The notes: a model not told the origin generated them from the letters alone. Counted from the first letter of the stretch, positions 32,097 to 42,822 are shown. The stretch is DNA of 64,000 nucleotides from Cyanobacteriota bacterium (GCA_033764955.1 JANRIL010000032.1:26447-90446), one strand, 5' to 3'. Made by a program: numbers and translations.

Positions 32097-35000
32097 ATGG
32101 GGCTAGAGGCTGACCTGCTGGATCATGCGTATCAACTGTTTTGCCAGGAAGCTTTGTCCCACTTGCGGGGGCTAGAGGCAGAGTTGCTACAGCTACGGCA
32201 GGCGGCTCCGGTGTCGCGCATTCATAGCTTGATGCGGGCGGCTCACTCCATCAAAGGGGGATCCCTGAGTTTGGGCTGGCAGGGGATTGCCCAGTTGGCT
32301 CACCACTTGGAGGACAGCTTTCGTGCCCTCTACGCCGCCAGTGGTGAGATTGATGGGGTTCTGGAAGAACTGCTGCTGCAAGCCTACGATGCCCTGCGCA
32401 TCCCCTTGGTCAAACAGATCGAGAGTGGAGCCATCCACCCCCTGCCCATCCCCTGCGAAACCGAAGACATTTTTTCGGCCTTGCGCGCTCGTCTGGAGGG
32501 AGCCCCGGCCTCTGCCCTCGCCAGTTCCGCCGAGTTGGGGGTGGATATTACCGAGGCTATCTTGAGCAGCGATGTGGAGAGCAGTCTGCAACGGTTAGCC
32601 TACCTGCTGGACAATCCAGATGGACAGGAAGTACGAGGGGAAATTCGGGTGCAGGCGGAGGTATTTATGGGCATGGGGGAGATGCTCCATCTGCCTGGAT
32701 TTGTCGAGATCGCCCAAACCACTCGGCAAGCCCTGGCTACCCATCCCGATAACTATTTGGTGATTGGCAAACTGTCCCTGGCGGATTTTCGCGCCGCCCA
32801 AGCCGCTATCCTGGCCGGAGATCGGCAGCGGGGAGGGGATCCCTCACGCGGCTTGCGCCGTCTCACCCAGCCCCTCTCCCCTACCCAACAGCAGTTGCTT
32901 CAGCAGGCTGGTCATTTGCTGGGATCCCAACCGGAGGATTTGCAGGATCTGGCCACCGTTTTAGAAGAGGTTAGCCTCCTGGATGCCCCGATGAGAGAAG
33001 CAGGCGAGGGGGATCCCGCTGAGGATCCCCCCCCTCAACCCAGTTCCTTTGCCCTCCTGGAAAGCCTGTTTAGCCCCGATCTTCACCCCGATCATCCTGA
33101 CCATAGGGATCCCCTGCCTCCGCCTGCCCTTGACTCCACCCTGTCTGGTGATTTTGCCTCCCTTGACCAACTGTGGAGCCAAGCCCTAACCCACAACCCA
33201 GAGCTAGGGATCCCGCCGGATCCGTTACCCCTGCCTGGTATGAGCGAGGAGTTCGCCCACTTACAGGCGATTTTTCAGACCCCCCTCCCCCCAGGCCATG
33301 CTGATCCTTCAGAGGCTTCTCAACTGATCTCCCCAACCACCGACTCCCCTCCAGATCTCAGCCAAGCCGTCGCCCACCTGGAGGATCTCTGGGGATCCAT
33401 TGCCAGCCCTGAACCCCTCCCGCCCCCCACCCCTGCTCCACCCCTCCAGGATCCCGTCACTTATCAAATCTTTCGGCAAGAGACCCAGGAACTTTTGCAG
33501 GTTTTGGAGGAAGGGCTATTAAACCTCCGCCAGGATCCCCAACCCAGCCAGATCCACAACCTGATGCGGGCTGCCCACTCCATCAAAGGCGGATCCGCTC
33601 TCATGGGCTTAACGGAGATCAAAACCATTGCCCATCAACTGGAAAATGTCTTTCAACGGCTCTACCCTAGCCAAGGTCTCTGGGATAGCGAGCTGGAGGA
33701 TCTCCTCTTAAAAGCCTATGACTGCCTGCGGATCCCGTTAATCAGCCAGTTGGAAACGGGATCCTATGACGGAGAAAGCAGCCTCACTCAGGCGGCGGAA
33801 GTGTTTGCTCAACTGCAACTTCGCCTCGGATATACCTTAGATGGGGAAGCCGCCCCCCCTTCGGCAGCAGAACTGGGGGTGAATGTAACCCAGGTAATTT
33901 TTGGTCAGGATGTTGCCGCCACCCTAGCGCAATGGCAGAGTGCCCTAGCGGATCCCCACACGGCGGCGTCTGAATTAACTTCCCAGCTAAAGGAAGGGCT
34001 GGAGGTGTTTCTTGCCATTGCCGAGATGCTCAGCCTTCCCCAATTTGCCGCCCTTGCCCAAACCTGCCAAACCGCCCTCGCCACCCATCCTCAGCAGGTA
34101 TTCCCCATTGCTCACCTGGCACTGGCACAGTTCCAAATCGCCCAAGCCGCCATCTTACAGGGAGATCTGACCGAAAGCACCCTTGCCATTTCCCCTGAAC
34201 TACTGGCTTTTTGCCCAAGCAACTATCACCCGGCAGGCTTAAGCCCCTCTCCGGATCCCCTCCCCAGCCTCCCCCCCTCCCCGTCCTTGCCTCCCCTCCC
34301 CTCCGTTCCCCAGGTCAACCAGCCCAGCTTGACCACCGCCATCCGCGTTGATCTGAGTCGTCTCGAGCGGATCAACAACCAGATCGGGGAGTTGGTCACC
34401 CACGAAACCAGCCTTTTTCTCCAGCAGGATTATCTGCAACAAACTGTGCATCACCTGCAACAACGCCTCACCCGCTTTGCCGAGCTATCTCAGCAGGTGC
34501 AGGAAACGATGGATCATCTGATCTGGCACGGATCTCAATCCACTCCGTCCCCCAGGGGATCCGTTCTCCCGCAGCCACCAGAGGCATTCTCCGATTTTGA
34601 CTCCCTACAGATGGACTCCTACAGCCAGGTGCATAGCCTCATGCAGGTGGTTTTGGAAGAAATGAGCCAGGTGGAAGAATCCCTGCACGATCTCGGTCAC
34701 TTTAGCCAGCAATCGCAACACACCCTGAAAAAGCATCGGCAAACCCTGCGGCAAGTCAGGGATGATTTGTTGTGGGCGAGAATGCTCCCCCTAGCGGATC
34801 TCCTGCAACGCTTTCCCCGCATGATTCGTGACTTGGCCGCTCAGCAGGGCAAGCAGGTCAACTTTGTCGTCGAGGGGGGCGAAACCCTGGTGGATAAAGG
34901 GATGCTGGAAAAACTCTACGATCCCTTGGTTCATCTGGTTCGCAACGCTTTTGACCACGGCATTGAACCCAGCGAGACTCGCCAAGCCCAGGGCAAATCC

Positions 35001-36218
35001 CCCACAGGATTGATTCGCATCGCTGCCTACCATCGCGGCAACCAGACTCTGATCGAGGTCAAGGATGATGGGCGGGGCATCGACACTCAAAAGGTTTTGC
35101 AAAAAGCGATCCGCCTCAACCTGATTACTCCTGCCCAGGCTGACGAGATGAAGCAGGAAGCCATTTATGACCTGCTGTTTACGCCGGGATTTTCTACGGC
35201 GTCCCAAGTCAGCGAGATTTCGGGGCGAGGGGTGGGGCTAGATGTTGTGCGACTGCACGTGCAATCCTTGAAAGGCTCGATTCAGATTGACTCTCAGCCG
35301 GCAGTGGGAACCACCTTTACCCTCCGACTTCCCCTCACCCTGACAATTGCTAAACTGCTGATTTTGGGCACAGCCACCAGTCTGATGGCGATCCCTCTGG
35401 ATGTGTTGGTGGCCATCCTCACCCCCTCCCCCGCCCAGATTCGCTCAACCCCCGATCAGCCCCCGCAACTGCTTTGGCAGAATCAGACAATCCCTATCTA
35501 TGACATCAACCAACTCTTGCCCTATCACTATCCCAGCCTCAGATATGAGCGGGATCCCATCTCTCCCCTGTCTTTGCCCAGCGCCGATCAACCGCCCCTT
35601 CTGCTGATTGGCAAGGGATCCCAAATGATCGCCCTGCAAGTGGATCACCTGCTGCGGGAGCAAGAACTGGTTATCAAACCCCTCAGTCCCTTACTCACCC
35701 CCCCTGCCTATATTTTTGGCTGCACCACCTTAGGGGATGGACGGCTAGTTCCGGTTATGGATGGAGCGGCGTTAGTCGAGTTTTGCCTAGGATCCCCGCT
35801 GCCCGCAGTTGTACTGAGTCAACCCCTACCCAGCCCCATCAATATTCCGACGGTTTTGGTGACGGATGACTCTCCCACGATGCGGCAAACCCTCACCGCC
35901 AGCCTACAAAAAGTTGGGTATCGCGTCCTGCAAGCGCGGGATGGACAGGAAGCCCTCGACCGCCTAGAACAGGATCCCTCCATTCAAGCGGTGATCTGTG
36001 ATGTTGAAATGCCCCTTATGAATGGATTTGAATTTCTCAGCCTGCAACGGCGCAAGCGGCACGATCGCCATCTGCCGATTATTATGCTGACCTCCCGCAG
36101 TAGCCCCAAACACCGTCAACTGGCGCAGCAGCTAGGAGCCTCCGCCTATTTAACCAAACCTTTCTTAGAACAAGAGCTGCGTTCGACCCTAGCGGCCTGT
36201 TTATCCCCAATGAGCTGA
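32097..36218 (+). CDS. CheA-like hybrid kinase (2x Hpt, HATPase, CheW, receiver)
   Basis: MRAAHSIKGG occurs twice; HLVRNAFDHGIE, DDGRGID, GFSTA, SGRGVGLDVV; C-terminal receiver. Confidence 0.93.
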   Translation: MGLEADLLDHAYQLFCQEALSHLRGLEAELLQLRQAAPVSRIHSLMRAAHSIKGGSLSLGWQGIAQLAHHLEDSFRALYAASGEIDGVLEELLLQAYDALRIPLVKQIESGAIHPLPIPCETEDIFSALRARLEGAPASALASSAELGVDITEAILSSDVESSLQRLAYLLDNPDGQEVRGEIRVQAEVFMGMGEMLHLPGFVEIAQTTRQALATHPDNYLVIGKLSLADFRAAQAAILAGDRQRGGDPSRGLRRLTQPLSPTQQQLLQQAGHLLGSQPEDLQDLATVLEEVSLLDAPMREAGEGDPAEDPPPQPSSFALLESLFSPDLHPDHPDHRDPLPPPALDSTLSGDFASLDQLWSQALTHNPELGIPPDPLPLPGMSEEFAHLQAIFQTPLPPGHADPSEASQLISPTTDSPPDLSQAVAHLEDLWGSIASPEPLPPPTPAPPLQDPVTYQIFRQETQELLQVLEEGLLNLRQDPQPSQIHNLMRAAHSIKGGSALMGLTEIKTIAHQLENVFQRLYPSQGLWDSELEDLLLKAYDCLRIPLISQLETGSYDGESSLTQAAEVFAQLQLRLGYTLDGEAAPPSAAELGVNVTQVIFGQDVAATLAQWQSALADPHTAASELTSQLKEGLEVFLAIAEMLSLPQFAALAQTCQTALATHPQQVFPIAHLALAQFQIAQAAILQGDLTESTLAISPELLAFCPSNYHPAGLSPSPDPLPSLPPSPSLPPLPSVPQVNQPSLTTAIRVDLSRLERINNQIGELVTHETSLFLQQDYLQQTVHHLQQRLTRFAELSQQVQETMDHLIWHGSQSTPSPRGSVLPQPPEAFSDFDSLQMDSYSQVHSLMQVVLEEMSQVEESLHDLGHFSQQSQHTLKKHRQTLRQVRDDLLWARMLPLADLLQRFPRMIRDLAAQQGKQVNFVVEGGETLVDKGMLEKLYDPLVHLVRNAFDHGIEPSETRQAQGKSPTGLIRIAAYHRGNQTLIEVKDDGRGIDTQKVLQKAIRLNLITPAQADEMKQEAIYDLLFTPGFSTASQVSEISGRGVGLDVVRLHVQSLKGSIQIDSQPAVGTTFTLRLPLTLTIAKLLILGTATSLMAIPLDVLVAILTPSPAQIRSTPDQPPQLLWQNQTIPIYDINQLLPYHYPSLRYERDPISPLSLPSADQPPLLLIGKGSQMIALQVDHLLREQELVIKPLSPLLTPPAYIFGCTTLGDGRLVPVMDGAALVEFCLGSPLPAVVLSQPLPSPINIPTVLVTDDSPTMRQTLTASLQKVGYRVLQARDGQEALDRLEQDPSIQAVICDVEMPLMNGFEFLSLQRRKRHDRHLPIIMLTSRSSPKHRQLAQQLGASAYLTKPFLEQELRSTLAACLSPMS

Positions 36219-36256
36219 ATGGGAGCCGCTCGGCTGGGTCTCCAGAAGAAGGCGCA

Positions 36257-38686
36257 TCAACGCCCATTCATCCACCAAAGGTTGGCACAGGAGTCTCCAC
36301 TGCCACTGGCAAAGACATAACCATAGGCGCGTGGAGAAATCGGGGAAGCAATCCGACAGGGATTAAAGGCCACCGACCAAACCCCAAACTTATGCTGAGT
36401 CAGGTTAGTCCGCAGTTGACCGGAGGCAATATCCCAAACCTTGATGGTAGTATCGCCGCTGCCGCTGACCAGGGTTAATCCATCGGGGCTAAAGGCTAAG
36501 GCACGAATCCGCGAGGTATGTCCGCTAAAGGTGTGCACTGCTTGTCCGGTCACAACATCCCACAGGCGAATTTGTTTGCCCTCATGACCACTGGCTAAAA
36601 CGGTTTTGCTGGTTTCTGCCCGACCCGGCAAGGGCGTCACCCGCAGTGGGCTAAAGGCCACTGACCAGACCCCCGACTGATCCTTGAAGGTACGCAATAG
36701 GGATCCCGTAATCAAATTCCAAACTTTGATAGTGCCATCGCCACTGCCGCTGGCTAGGAGTAGGCTAGAGAGTCCATCGGAATTAAAGGAGAGGGAATTG
36801 ACCACGGAGGTATGCCCTTCTAAGGCAAAAATGGCCTCCAAACTGCTCAGATCCCAGACTTTTACCACCCGATCATCCCCGCTGCTGGCTAACAAATAAC
36901 GACTGCGGCGAGCCTGGTCTTTTTGCAGGTAGATATTTTGGAGGGGGCTAAAGGTGAGGGTTTTGACCTGAGATTGATGTCCGCTTAGGGTATGTAGAAG
37001 TTTATAGGTTGTGACATCCCAAAGTTTGATGGTGGTGTCTTCGCTGGCGGTTGCCAAGAGCCGTCCATCGGGACTAAAGGCAAGGCTATTCACCTTACCG
37101 GCATGACCTGTCAGGGTGGCGACAACCTTTCCCGTCGTCATCTGGCGGAGGGTAACCGTGGCATCTTCACTGCCTGTTGCCAACAACTCCCCATCAGGGC
37201 TGAAGGCGACCGCGAGCACCCAGCCGGAGTGATTGACAAAACTTTTGATGAGCGGTGAGGCTTTCCCATCCAAAAAAGCCGAGGCCGCAAAGGCAAGACT
37301 TTTGAACTGTTGATGCCAGAACATCTTTTTGGGGGTGCTTTGGGCTTCTGCTAAGGGAACACGAGGCAATCCCAGGGGAAAAGGCAAAGCGGTTACGGGC
37401 TGGGATCCCTCGGTTTCAGAGGGATCCCTTTGCCGGATCGGCTGACTGGAGGGAGTTAAAGGATCGGCAGCAGGTAAGGGGGGCAGGACAACATCGGTTT
37501 TGGAAATGACCGGCGGGTAGTCAGCAGTCAAAATTTCTGGCACCTGACCGACTAGGGTAGGAGTATGGCTACTATCTTGCCAAGGGTTGTCAGCTAATTC
37601 TTGCAAAATTTGCCAATAATCTTCCTCAGCAGGTTGCCCGTTTGCCGTGCGAACGGTAGGTTCCTCCGGTGGGGGAGCCAGCGGACGCTCCGGCTTGGGC
37701 ACAGCCGTCAGGGTAGACAAGGCTGGATCGGCGAGGGGAAGCGAGGGGGGGAGAGGCGTCATACTACCCAGCACTTCTTCTAGACTGAGGCTGAGTTCCT
37801 GCATGGTTTGGGGGCGATGCAGAGGATTTTTTTCCAGACAGGCTAGGACGATATCCTGGGCCGACTTGGGCACATGATGATGGGAGGCCAAATCATCAAA
37901 GCGGCGAGGTTGCTGGTAGTTGTGGGCTTGATACCAGCCTGGGAAGGAATCGGTATCGGGGTGAAAGGGCAGATCGCCGGTTAGCATTTCATAGATCACT
38001 ACCCCCAACGAATAGATGTCGGCACGCGGATCCAGGGATTTTCCCCGTAATTGTTCGGGGGCAGCATAGCGAGCGGTTCCAATAAATCCCAGCAATTGTG
38101 TTCCCAGCGTAATGGTGATGTCACTGAGGGCTTTGGAAATACCAAAATCTAAAAGGCGAATGGTCTCCCCCAGAGCACTATCCTTGATCACAAAAATGTT
38201 GCTGGGTTTGATGTCCCGATGGACAACTCCGCTGATCAGTTTTTCATCAATTTTCAATTCACAGGTATGGGCAAAATGCAGTCCAGCGCAAATTTGCTTG
38301 ATCAGAGGAAAGGCTCGTTCTAGGCTAAACGCTCCCTCACGGCTAATCAGATCAGCCAAACTGCTGCCCAACAGAGGGGGATCCCCGTAATATTCCATGA
38401 CTAAGTAGGGCTGGTTTTGATCGATGCCACTGTCAAACACCGAAACAATCAGTGGGTGTTCCCCCAAGCGGGCTGTCACCCACACTTCCTGTTCAAATCG
38501 TCGTAACAGAAGCTTGTGGGCATTCGATTCGGAACCTAGGGTGGAGTGCAACAGCTTTAATGCCGTCGGTCGCCCCTCGTAACGGGTGTCCAATGCCTTA
38601 AAGACAACCCCCATTCCCCCCCCGCCGATAAATTTCAGCAGACGGTAGCGATTGTTGATCAGGTCGTTAACTTGCCGTTCAGGCAT
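36257..38686 (-). CDS. Ser/Thr protein kinase with WD40 repeats
   Basis: GGGGMGVVF, HRDIKPSN, DFG, YAAPE; repeated GH...AFSPDG...WD units. Confidence 0.93.
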   Translation of the reverse strand: MPERQVNDLINNRYRLLKFIGGGGMGVVFKALDTRYEGRPTALKLLHSTLGSESNAHKLLLRRFEQEVWVTARLGEHPLIVSVFDSGIDQNQPYLVMEYYGDPPLLGSSLADLISREGAFSLERAFPLIKQICAGLHFAHTCELKIDEKLISGVVHRDIKPSNIFVIKDSALGETIRLLDFGISKALSDITITLGTQLLGFIGTARYAAPEQLRGKSLDPRADIYSLGVVIYEMLTGDLPFHPDTDSFPGWYQAHNYQQPRRFDDLASHHHVPKSAQDIVLACLEKNPLHRPQTMQELSLSLEEVLGSMTPLPPSLPLADPALSTLTAVPKPERPLAPPPEEPTVRTANGQPAEEDYWQILQELADNPWQDSSHTPTLVGQVPEILTADYPPVISKTDVVLPPLPAADPLTPSSQPIRQRDPSETEGSQPVTALPFPLGLPRVPLAEAQSTPKKMFWHQQFKSLAFAASAFLDGKASPLIKSFVNHSGWVLAVAFSPDGELLATGSEDATVTLRQMTTGKVVATLTGHAGKVNSLAFSPDGRLLATASEDTTIKLWDVTTYKLLHTLSGHQSQVKTLTFSPLQNIYLQKDQARRSRYLLASSGDDRVVKVWDLSSLEAIFALEGHTSVVNSLSFNSDGLSSLLLASGSGDGTIKVWNLITGSLLRTFKDQSGVWSVAFSPLRVTPLPGRAETSKTVLASGHEGKQIRLWDVVTGQAVHTFSGHTSRIRALAFSPDGLTLVSGSGDTTIKVWDIASGQLRTNLTQHKFGVWSVAFNPCRIASPISPRAYGYVFASGSGDSCANLWWMNGR

Positions 38687-38824
38687 AGCAGAGAAGTGGG
38701 AGGAGAAAAATCAGGCAGAAGGGATCCCCAAACAACGGCAGCTTAAGGGAACAGGGCAGCCAAACTAGACCGCTTGGCTTGAGCCAAGGTTTGTATCAAA
38801 GATATCCCTTCACTCTGTTATCTG

Positions 38825-39688
38825 TCAGGGAAGGAGACGATCCGTGATAATCACCCGCCGACTTTCTAGGCGAATACCGGATTGTCCCACCAGCATGACC
38901 GAAATCCACTGGGATCCGGCTTCGCTGGGGGCATCGGCTTGACGAAAGATACCTCCGGCTTGCAGCGGTTCGAGGGGGTAGGAAGCATCGTCGGTGTATC
39001 GTTTGGGAGTGATGCTTTCTTCGATAGCGGTTCCCAGCAGAACGTTGCTACCGAGGGGTTCATCCACAACCGCCGATAGGCTATAGGTGGATCCGGGTCG
39101 CACCGATTCGGGCAGTTGGAGAGTAACGGTGGGGGGGGCGCTACCAGAGGTAAGGCTACTGGATTCCCGCAGAACTTTTTGCTCGATCAGTTGCAGTTGC
39201 TGATCAGCTTCGGGGTTAGGACGATAGCGGTTGAGGGTAGTGGTACGACTGAGGAGTTGAAATTCACCCCGCTCCGAAACTTGGGATCCCTTAATTTCGG
39301 TGAGAACGGTCGCCACGAGATCGGATCCCTGCTTTTGCCAGGATTGAATTTCGGCTTGATAGGTAAGCTGAGGATGATGTTGCCAAAGGGTTTGCAGGGC
39401 GGCTTCCGTCTGATCAAAGTTGAGGCCATCTGCATGTTCAAAGGTGGGGCTATAGGTGGCCATCAGTTGAGGGAGATTCTGTTGATTAGCGGCCTCCATC
39501 TGCCGCTCCAAAAGTTCTTGCAGCACGGCAGGCGGATTCGTGGCTATCCCTTGAATGCCGCCATCCAAGGTGGTGGAGGGAGGAGCTGGGGTTTGCGCCA
39601 ACACAGGGATCCCTGAGGTGAGGAGGCTAGCCATGGAGGTAGCCAGAGTGAGGGAAGATGCAAGGAAAATGCAGGGTGTCCGTTTCAT
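38825..39688 (-). CDS. Exported NTF2-like domain protein
   Basis: Signal peptide; AANQQNLPQLMATYSPTFEHADG; AGGIFRQ. Confidence 0.65.
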   Translation of the reverse strand: MKRTPCIFLASSLTLATSMASLLTSGIPVLAQTPAPPSTTLDGGIQGIATNPPAVLQELLERQMEAANQQNLPQLMATYSPTFEHADGLNFDQTEAALQTLWQHHPQLTYQAEIQSWQKQGSDLVATVLTEIKGSQVSERGEFQLLSRTTTLNRYRPNPEADQQLQLIEQKVLRESSSLTSGSAPPTVTLQLPESVRPGSTYSLSAVVDEPLGSNVLLGTAIEESITPKRYTDDASYPLEPLQAGGIFRQADAPSEAGSQWISVMLVGQSGIRLESRRVIITDRLLP

Positions 39689-39746
39689 GGCCGATGCCGT
39701 AGCCTATTGCCCCCTAGTTATAGCTGAAATATCGCTGGTCGTCAGG

Positions 39747-40589
39747 TTAGGTGGCCGTGCAGGGGGGATGGGGCAGAGAGGGGTGCCCGTCAAGTGGGGG
39801 GACAGGATCCCTAGCTAGGGGGCTAAGGGGAGATCGGTGGGTGGGGACTAAGCTCTCCCAGAAGCCCAGAATTTTGGATCCCACTAGGGGGGCATGGTGG
39901 GTGTGAAAAAAATGTTTACCCGCCGGACAGACCCACAGTTGATCTTGAGGTTTCATCCAGGCTTGCCAGCGAAACAACCCAGCCAAGTCGATAATGGCAT
40001 CCTCACCTCCGCCGCAGATCAGCAGGGGAGGAGCAATACCCCCTTCGCTCAAGGTAATCAGACGGAACAGAGAGTGGGGCATGGGGGAAAAATCGAGGTC
40101 ATCTGCTAAGGCTTTCACCAACTGACAGGCGGGATGGGGAAAAGGCTGGGTGAGCAGTTGTCCTAACAAACGAGCCAGCACCTGCTGTCGGCTCCAGGGA
40201 AAAAGCTGCCGTTGTACATAATAGTGGGCGTGCCAGGTGGCCGCCGGTTGGGATCCCACCGCTAGCAACACCAACGATCGGACTTGTTGAGGATAACAAC
40301 GGGCATACAGCAGCCCCAGCACCCCACTCAAGCCATGCCCGATCAGGTGCAAAGGAGTGGCTTGTTTTTTGAGAAATTGATGCAGTAGCTTAACCTGTTG
40401 ATCAAGGGAAATAGCTTCGTCGAGCTGCTGAGAACATTCCCACTGGGCAATCCGGTGGTGCTGGGCAAGCCAGCGCAATAGGGGTTGATCTAAAGTTTTT
40501 AGGCTAGGGGTAGCGGATAAACAGACGGCGGCAATCCCAGTTGCTTCTGACATGATCCCCTGACTCCACGACTGTTTGGATGAAACCAT
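39747..40589 (-). CDS. Alpha/beta hydrolase, IsiC-like (iron-stress esterase family)
   Basis: HLIGHGLSG, WHAHYY, SPMPHSL and GKHFFH resemble cyanobacterial IsiC; Fur-like box upstream. Confidence 0.7.
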   Translation of the reverse strand: MVSSKQSWSQGIMSEATGIAAVCLSATPSLKTLDQPLLRWLAQHHRIAQWECSQQLDEAISLDQQVKLLHQFLKKQATPLHLIGHGLSGVLGLLYARCYPQQVRSLVLLAVGSQPAATWHAHYYVQRQLFPWSRQQVLARLLGQLLTQPFPHPACQLVKALADDLDFSPMPHSLFRLITLSEGGIAPPLLICGGGEDAIIDLAGLFRWQAWMKPQDQLWVCPAGKHFFHTHHAPLVGSKILGFWESLVPTHRSPLSPLARDPVPPLDGHPSLPHPPCTAT

Positions 40590-40709
40590 CCGATGGCATT
40601 ACGAAGAAAAGGTGAGGGGACTGGGGATCCCTAAATGGAGATGCCCCGGCTTTCCCCCCAACCCTCAGATGGTGTTAGCAAGTTTCTCGCTGACCTGATT
40701 ATGCTCACA

Positions 40710-40728
40710 GTTGAGACTCATTTGCAAC
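40710..40728. promoter_or_regulatory. Putative Fur box
   Basis: 19-bp imperfect palindrome GTTGAGACTCATTTGCAAC about 120 nt upstream of the IsiC-like gene. Confidence 0.55.
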
Positions 40729-40818
40729 TAATTTTAGAAAAATATCCTTCAATTCCTGTTTCTGTTGGCAGCAGTCGGTAGCTAGGACGCATCGGCTAGA
40801 CATTCACGCTGAGCCAGA

Positions 40819-42822
40819 CTAGCGACAAGCCTCGGCGAGTTCGCGGGCGGTGAGTCCCCAGGCTGGGCCTTCGTAATAGAGAGTGCCCTGTTTGTTGTAG
40901 CAACGAACCTCACCAGAGCGGGTAGGGGGTGGGGCTGGGGCGGTGGAGGGGTTGGTGGGCGTGGTGGTAAGGGTGGCTGGCTGTGCTACAGGCAGGGGGG
41001 TGGGTTGATTGCCCTTTTGCGCCTGTTGCAGGAGAGGAGCCTTCTGCTGGCGGCGGTAACTCGTATCCGAAAGTTGCTCCAGGGTGGTGATGGCGGCCTG
41101 CCACTGCCGCTGGGCGATTTGTTGTTGAGCCTGTTGCAGGCGTTGCTCATCGGCTTGCCAGAGGGTTTGCCATTCTTGCAGTTGAGCTTGGCTAGCCGCA
41201 TAAAGGCTGCTTTGGCTAGGGATCCCCTTGACCAGAGTTTGAGCTTGCTGGAGATTGCCCTGTTGGTAGGCTTGTTGAGCCTGTTGCAGGAGCTGGCTAG
41301 CGGCTTGATCGATGATCTTGAGGGCTGCGGGGGCGAGCAATGAGTGGTTGGCTATCCGACTGGCCTGCTGAGCCGCCTGCCGCCACTCCCCCTGATTCAA
41401 GAGGGCTTGAGCTTTTTGAAACTCCCCATCATCGCGGGCAATTTGACATTCCTCTGTGAGTCGCTGAAATTCGGTGAAATTCACGGATTTTTCGGGAATG
41501 GGCGGGTTAACCTCTAGACAATCTTGAAATTCTCCCGCCTGAATGTCCTCCACCATCCGTTGCAATATCGCTAACTCCCTCAGGGTGGTTTGCTGCTGTT
41601 GCCAACGATTGACCAACCAAAACCCAAGCAGCAAAGGGATCCCTACCGCTAACGTGGCGGCCATTCCGGTCAGCCAACCGTAGGTGGGGTTAGCAGAAGA
41701 CTTGGAGGGAGTGGAGCGGGGGGACTTGCCAGGATAGCCAAGGGGAGGGGGAGAGACAGTGGAAGTTGCCGTTGGGATCGCCGCTGTGGGTTGGGGGAAA
41801 TCAGGAAGGCGACGGGTGTCCAGCGCAGGCTCAGAGGGAGTGGCGGGTGGAACAGGACTCTGACCGACTGGGGCAAGCGCCCGCGGATAGGCAGTAGATA
41901 GGAGTGCAACCTGAAGGTGTTCCTGCACCATCTGCATAGAACTGGGGCGATTGTGCGGGTCTTTTTCTAAGCAGGCCAGCACAATCGTCTGCAATCGCTC
42001 CGGTAAACTGTAGCGTAAATCCAGATGGGCAAAGGGACGAGGTAGAAAGTTGTGATGGGCAAAGTACCAGCCGGGGAAGCTTGGCTCTTTGGCAAGAAAG
42101 GGCAGTTCACCCGTCAGCATTTCATAAAAGACGACCCCCAGGGAATAGATATCGGAACGCACATCCAAGGGGACGCCCCGCATTTGTTCGGGAGAAGCGT
42201 AGGGAAGGAGCCGTGGGTTGAGTTCCTGGGAGGGGCGCTGACTCGGTTGAGGGAGGGCAGCCAAGCGCTGACTAATGCCAAAATCGAGAATCTTCATGGT
42301 CTCGGTCAAGGACGAATCTCGAATCACAAACAAGTTGGCGGGCTGGATATCTTGATGGAGCAGTCCTGAGAAGTGGGCATCCTCCAACTCTAAAGGCAGA
42401 GTATGGGCAAACTGGAGGCCAGCACACATTTGCAGCCCTAGGGTGACCGCTCGTTCAGGCGGAAGGGATCCCTCTTTGTGCAGCAATTCCGCTAGGGTGG
42501 ATCCCAGCAACGGGGGGGAGGAGAGCAACTCCATCACCATATAAAGTTGATCTTGATCCAGTCCACACTCTTTGACCTGGATAATATGGGGGTGACGCCC
42601 CAAGAGGATCCCGACACGAGTTTCTGAGGCCAATCGTTTTTGCAAATGGGCACGGGATTCGGCTGAAGCGGTCATCCGGTTATGGAAGAGTTTAATGGCA
42701 ACGGGGGTGTCATAAAGGTGGGTATCTACCGCTGCAAAAACGCTGGAACTCTCTCGCATCGCCAAACGCTCCATCAGCCGATAGCGGTGGTTGATTAGCT
42801 TTTCCGATACGGATGACATCAT
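40819..42822 (-). CDS. Membrane Ser/Thr kinase-like protein with degenerate catalytic motifs
   Basis: VAIK, DFG and YASPE retained; G-loop lost; HQDIQPAN catalytic loop; one TM helix and a helical-repeat C-terminus. Confidence 0.85.
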   Translation of the reverse strand: MMSSVSEKLINHRYRLMERLAMRESSSVFAAVDTHLYDTPVAIKLFHNRMTASAESRAHLQKRLASETRVGILLGRHPHIIQVKECGLDQDQLYMVMELLSSPPLLGSTLAELLHKEGSLPPERAVTLGLQMCAGLQFAHTLPLELEDAHFSGLLHQDIQPANLFVIRDSSLTETMKILDFGISQRLAALPQPSQRPSQELNPRLLPYASPEQMRGVPLDVRSDIYSLGVVFYEMLTGELPFLAKEPSFPGWYFAHHNFLPRPFAHLDLRYSLPERLQTIVLACLEKDPHNRPSSMQMVQEHLQVALLSTAYPRALAPVGQSPVPPATPSEPALDTRRLPDFPQPTAAIPTATSTVSPPPLGYPGKSPRSTPSKSSANPTYGWLTGMAATLAVGIPLLLGFWLVNRWQQQQTTLRELAILQRMVEDIQAGEFQDCLEVNPPIPEKSVNFTEFQRLTEECQIARDDGEFQKAQALLNQGEWRQAAQQASRIANHSLLAPAALKIIDQAASQLLQQAQQAYQQGNLQQAQTLVKGIPSQSSLYAASQAQLQEWQTLWQADEQRLQQAQQQIAQRQWQAAITTLEQLSDTSYRRQQKAPLLQQAQKGNQPTPLPVAQPATLTTTPTNPSTAPAPPPTRSGEVRCYNKQGTLYYEGPAWGLTARELAEACR

